From positions 1 through 64,000 of the forward strand of contig MCFH01000099.1 of NCBI GenBank assembly GCA_002104945.1: a DNA stretch of 64,000 bases, given 5' to 3'. A program made the position numbers and the translations under genes. The notes under the pieces were generated by a model. It was not told the origin of the DNA and searched no databases. It worked only from the letters and a program-made list of their open reading frames with translations. The first letter of the stretch is position 1; the number at the start of each line of letters is the position of its first letter. Below are positions 61,870 through 64,000 of the stretch, one piece after another. This DNA comes from Piromyces finnis finn. Lineage: Eukaryota; Fungi; Neocallimastigomycota.

Positions 61870-64000
61870 TTACTTTTCTTCAAAATTTAATATTTGGTCT
61901 TTGATTAGACAAGCAGAATAATTATAAGTAATTAATTCTTTCAAGATACATATACCATTAAAGTATATACCTAATTCCATAGTTACTATTCTTAAAGTCC
62001 ATTTAGCTATAAATATTGAATATTCAATCAATTCTGGGACCCAGCCATCTTTGAATGAAATTATTGTTTCAAATTTTTGAGCAACGGCATATTCATTTAT
62101 ACCAATAAAATCTTCAAAGGCAGCCGAACAATAAATCCACCAGAAATATATAATGACAATTAAAAGTAAGGGTTTTAACTTGAGATCTCTGTTGAAATGA
62201 TGTCTAATGACCATTTCAATACTATCATAAAGTATAATAGTATTTATTATACTGGATTATATATATATTATATATATATTGTATAGTATGTTTATGAAGA
62301 AAAAATTTATTAGTGTCCATGTCAAAAAAAAAAAAAAAAAGAAAAAAAAAAATAGGAATAATTTTATTTTATATAATTTATGAGATAAAAAAAAAAGGAA
62401 AGAAAAATTGTGAATTCTATTATATACCTTCCCCAGAAAAACATTCCTGCTAATACATGATAAATTATAGAAGATAAAACATTAATACCTCGTAAAAAAC
62501 CTGTTGAAAACAATATTTCATGGAGAGTCAAATCTTCTGATGTATTATCTACCGTTTCTTCAAAACTATAAATTATATTTTCCTCTGGGTATAAATTTTG
62601 ATTTTCTGAAAGTTGTAATTGACAATTATCTTGATTTAAAATAGAATCATCATAATTATTAATATCCCATAAAGAAGAATTGGCATGTTCGGAATATTCC
62701 TCATATTCTATACCTATATCCAAATATTTATAGGTAATATCCAATATATATTTCATGATAAATCCACCAAACACAACTAATGCTATTATCATTAAGAAAA
62801 GTAGGATATTTTGAATTTTCTTATTTTGAAGTTTAGTATACCACTTATTATTATCTTTTTTTCTGTAACTTTGCCTTTTTTTTTTTTTATAGAAGAGGTG
62901 AAAATAAAAATGGGATAATATAGAAATAGTATTATGTGTTAAATAGATGAAGATTAAAATTGGTTAATAATAAAAGATACATTAACTATTTATTAAAAAT
63001 AAATTTACCTGCATAAAATACAATTTTCTTGTTGTCCAACTTCAAGGGATGTTTTCATTCTCCATTCATCTAAACAATAACTATGAACATATTTCTAATT
63101 TATTAAATATTAAAAAAAAAATGGATATAAATAAAAATATTTTTTATTTTATAATATTTAATCTTAATAATGGGATAATTCTATAGACTAATAAAAATTT
63201 ATATGTATATAATATTAATCAACATTATTAAAAATATACCTGACTTCCTTTACAATTACAAGGAGATATTAATTTATCTATATAATAATTAACATCTTCT
63301 GGTATACGATTTAAGAAAAAGTATTTTTTTTGATAATTTTTAATTTTATTCTGATTTTTCCACCAACTTTTTTGTATGTTTTTTTGTACATTTATGGAAA
63401 AACTTAATTTATTTTTTTTGTAATGAAAAAGCTTACGGGTATCGTCAAATCGTACTTTTAAGGGGTAAATGCATGTGCAATATATTTTGTTAGAAATAGG
63501 TTGATTAATAATTCTTTTTTCAAAACTTGAAATGGTATTGTAGAGAGAATGTTTAATTTTTTGTTTTTGAGAATGGATATTTTTTTGGTAGGAAGAATCC
63601 GTATTATCGGTAGGTACGTTTTCATGACTATCTGAATTTTTAAAGAATTCATCTAAACTCATATAAGATGAACGTAATATATTTTTTTCTTTTTCCACCC
63701 CAAGACTTGATTTATTCGTATCATTAAATGGATGGAAAAAACTACCTGAATTTGATTTTCTTAATGGTATTTCCAAAGAATTAGCCTTTTTAATGGTTCT
63801 TTCTACTATATTTAGACTACTGAGACTACTACTCGTTCTCATAACTGACTTTTTTAAATAGTATAACCTATTAAAACTGCTATTTATTTCAATATTTTTT
63901 CTAATGTCATCATTATTATTGTTATTACTATTAATATCATAGGAATAATCATCATCATCATTATTATTATCATTATGCTGATTATGCTTTATACTAGTTT
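61870..64000 (-). CDS. RING-CH (RINGv/MARCH-like) membrane E3 ubiquitin ligase; 5' part beyond the right window edge
   Basis: KLISPCNCKGSQ|KYVHSYCLDEWR...ENCILC across GT-AG introns (63239-63095, 63008-62875), followed by TM segments. The reading frame is open from 63240 to the window edge. Confidence 0.8.

Overview
Very AT-rich, intron-containing eukaryotic DNA, most likely an anaerobic gut fungus (Neocallimastigomycota), judged from the intronless XynA-type GH11 xylanase, base composition and short GT-AG introns. Host genes from left to right: GH11 xylanase with a ~38x27-bp linker (partial, runs off the left edge), NOT2, a signal-peptide/TM/SH3 protein, Stm1/SERBP1, a divergent ELO-family elongase-like gene assembled here from 7 exons (mostly missed by the ORF track), a secreted/TM protein with an unrecognised helical repeat, an ankyrin-repeat protein, a TMEM62-like metallophosphoesterase, RPS1 (eS1), MO25/Hym1, and a RING-CH membrane E3 ligase (partial, right edge). 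The main feature is a ~21-kb cluster (13.6-34.7 kb) of one poly(A)-tailed non-LTR retrotransposon family, all copies on the minus strand: three intact ~1500-aa APE-RT-CCHC ORFs plus at least seven truncated or decayed copies. Three exact 13-bp target-site duplications show copies inserted inside one another. Two full-length copies start at the same nucleotide, at the base of a structured 123-bp tandem monomer. All analysis was by eye; exon boundaries and counts may be off by a few bases.
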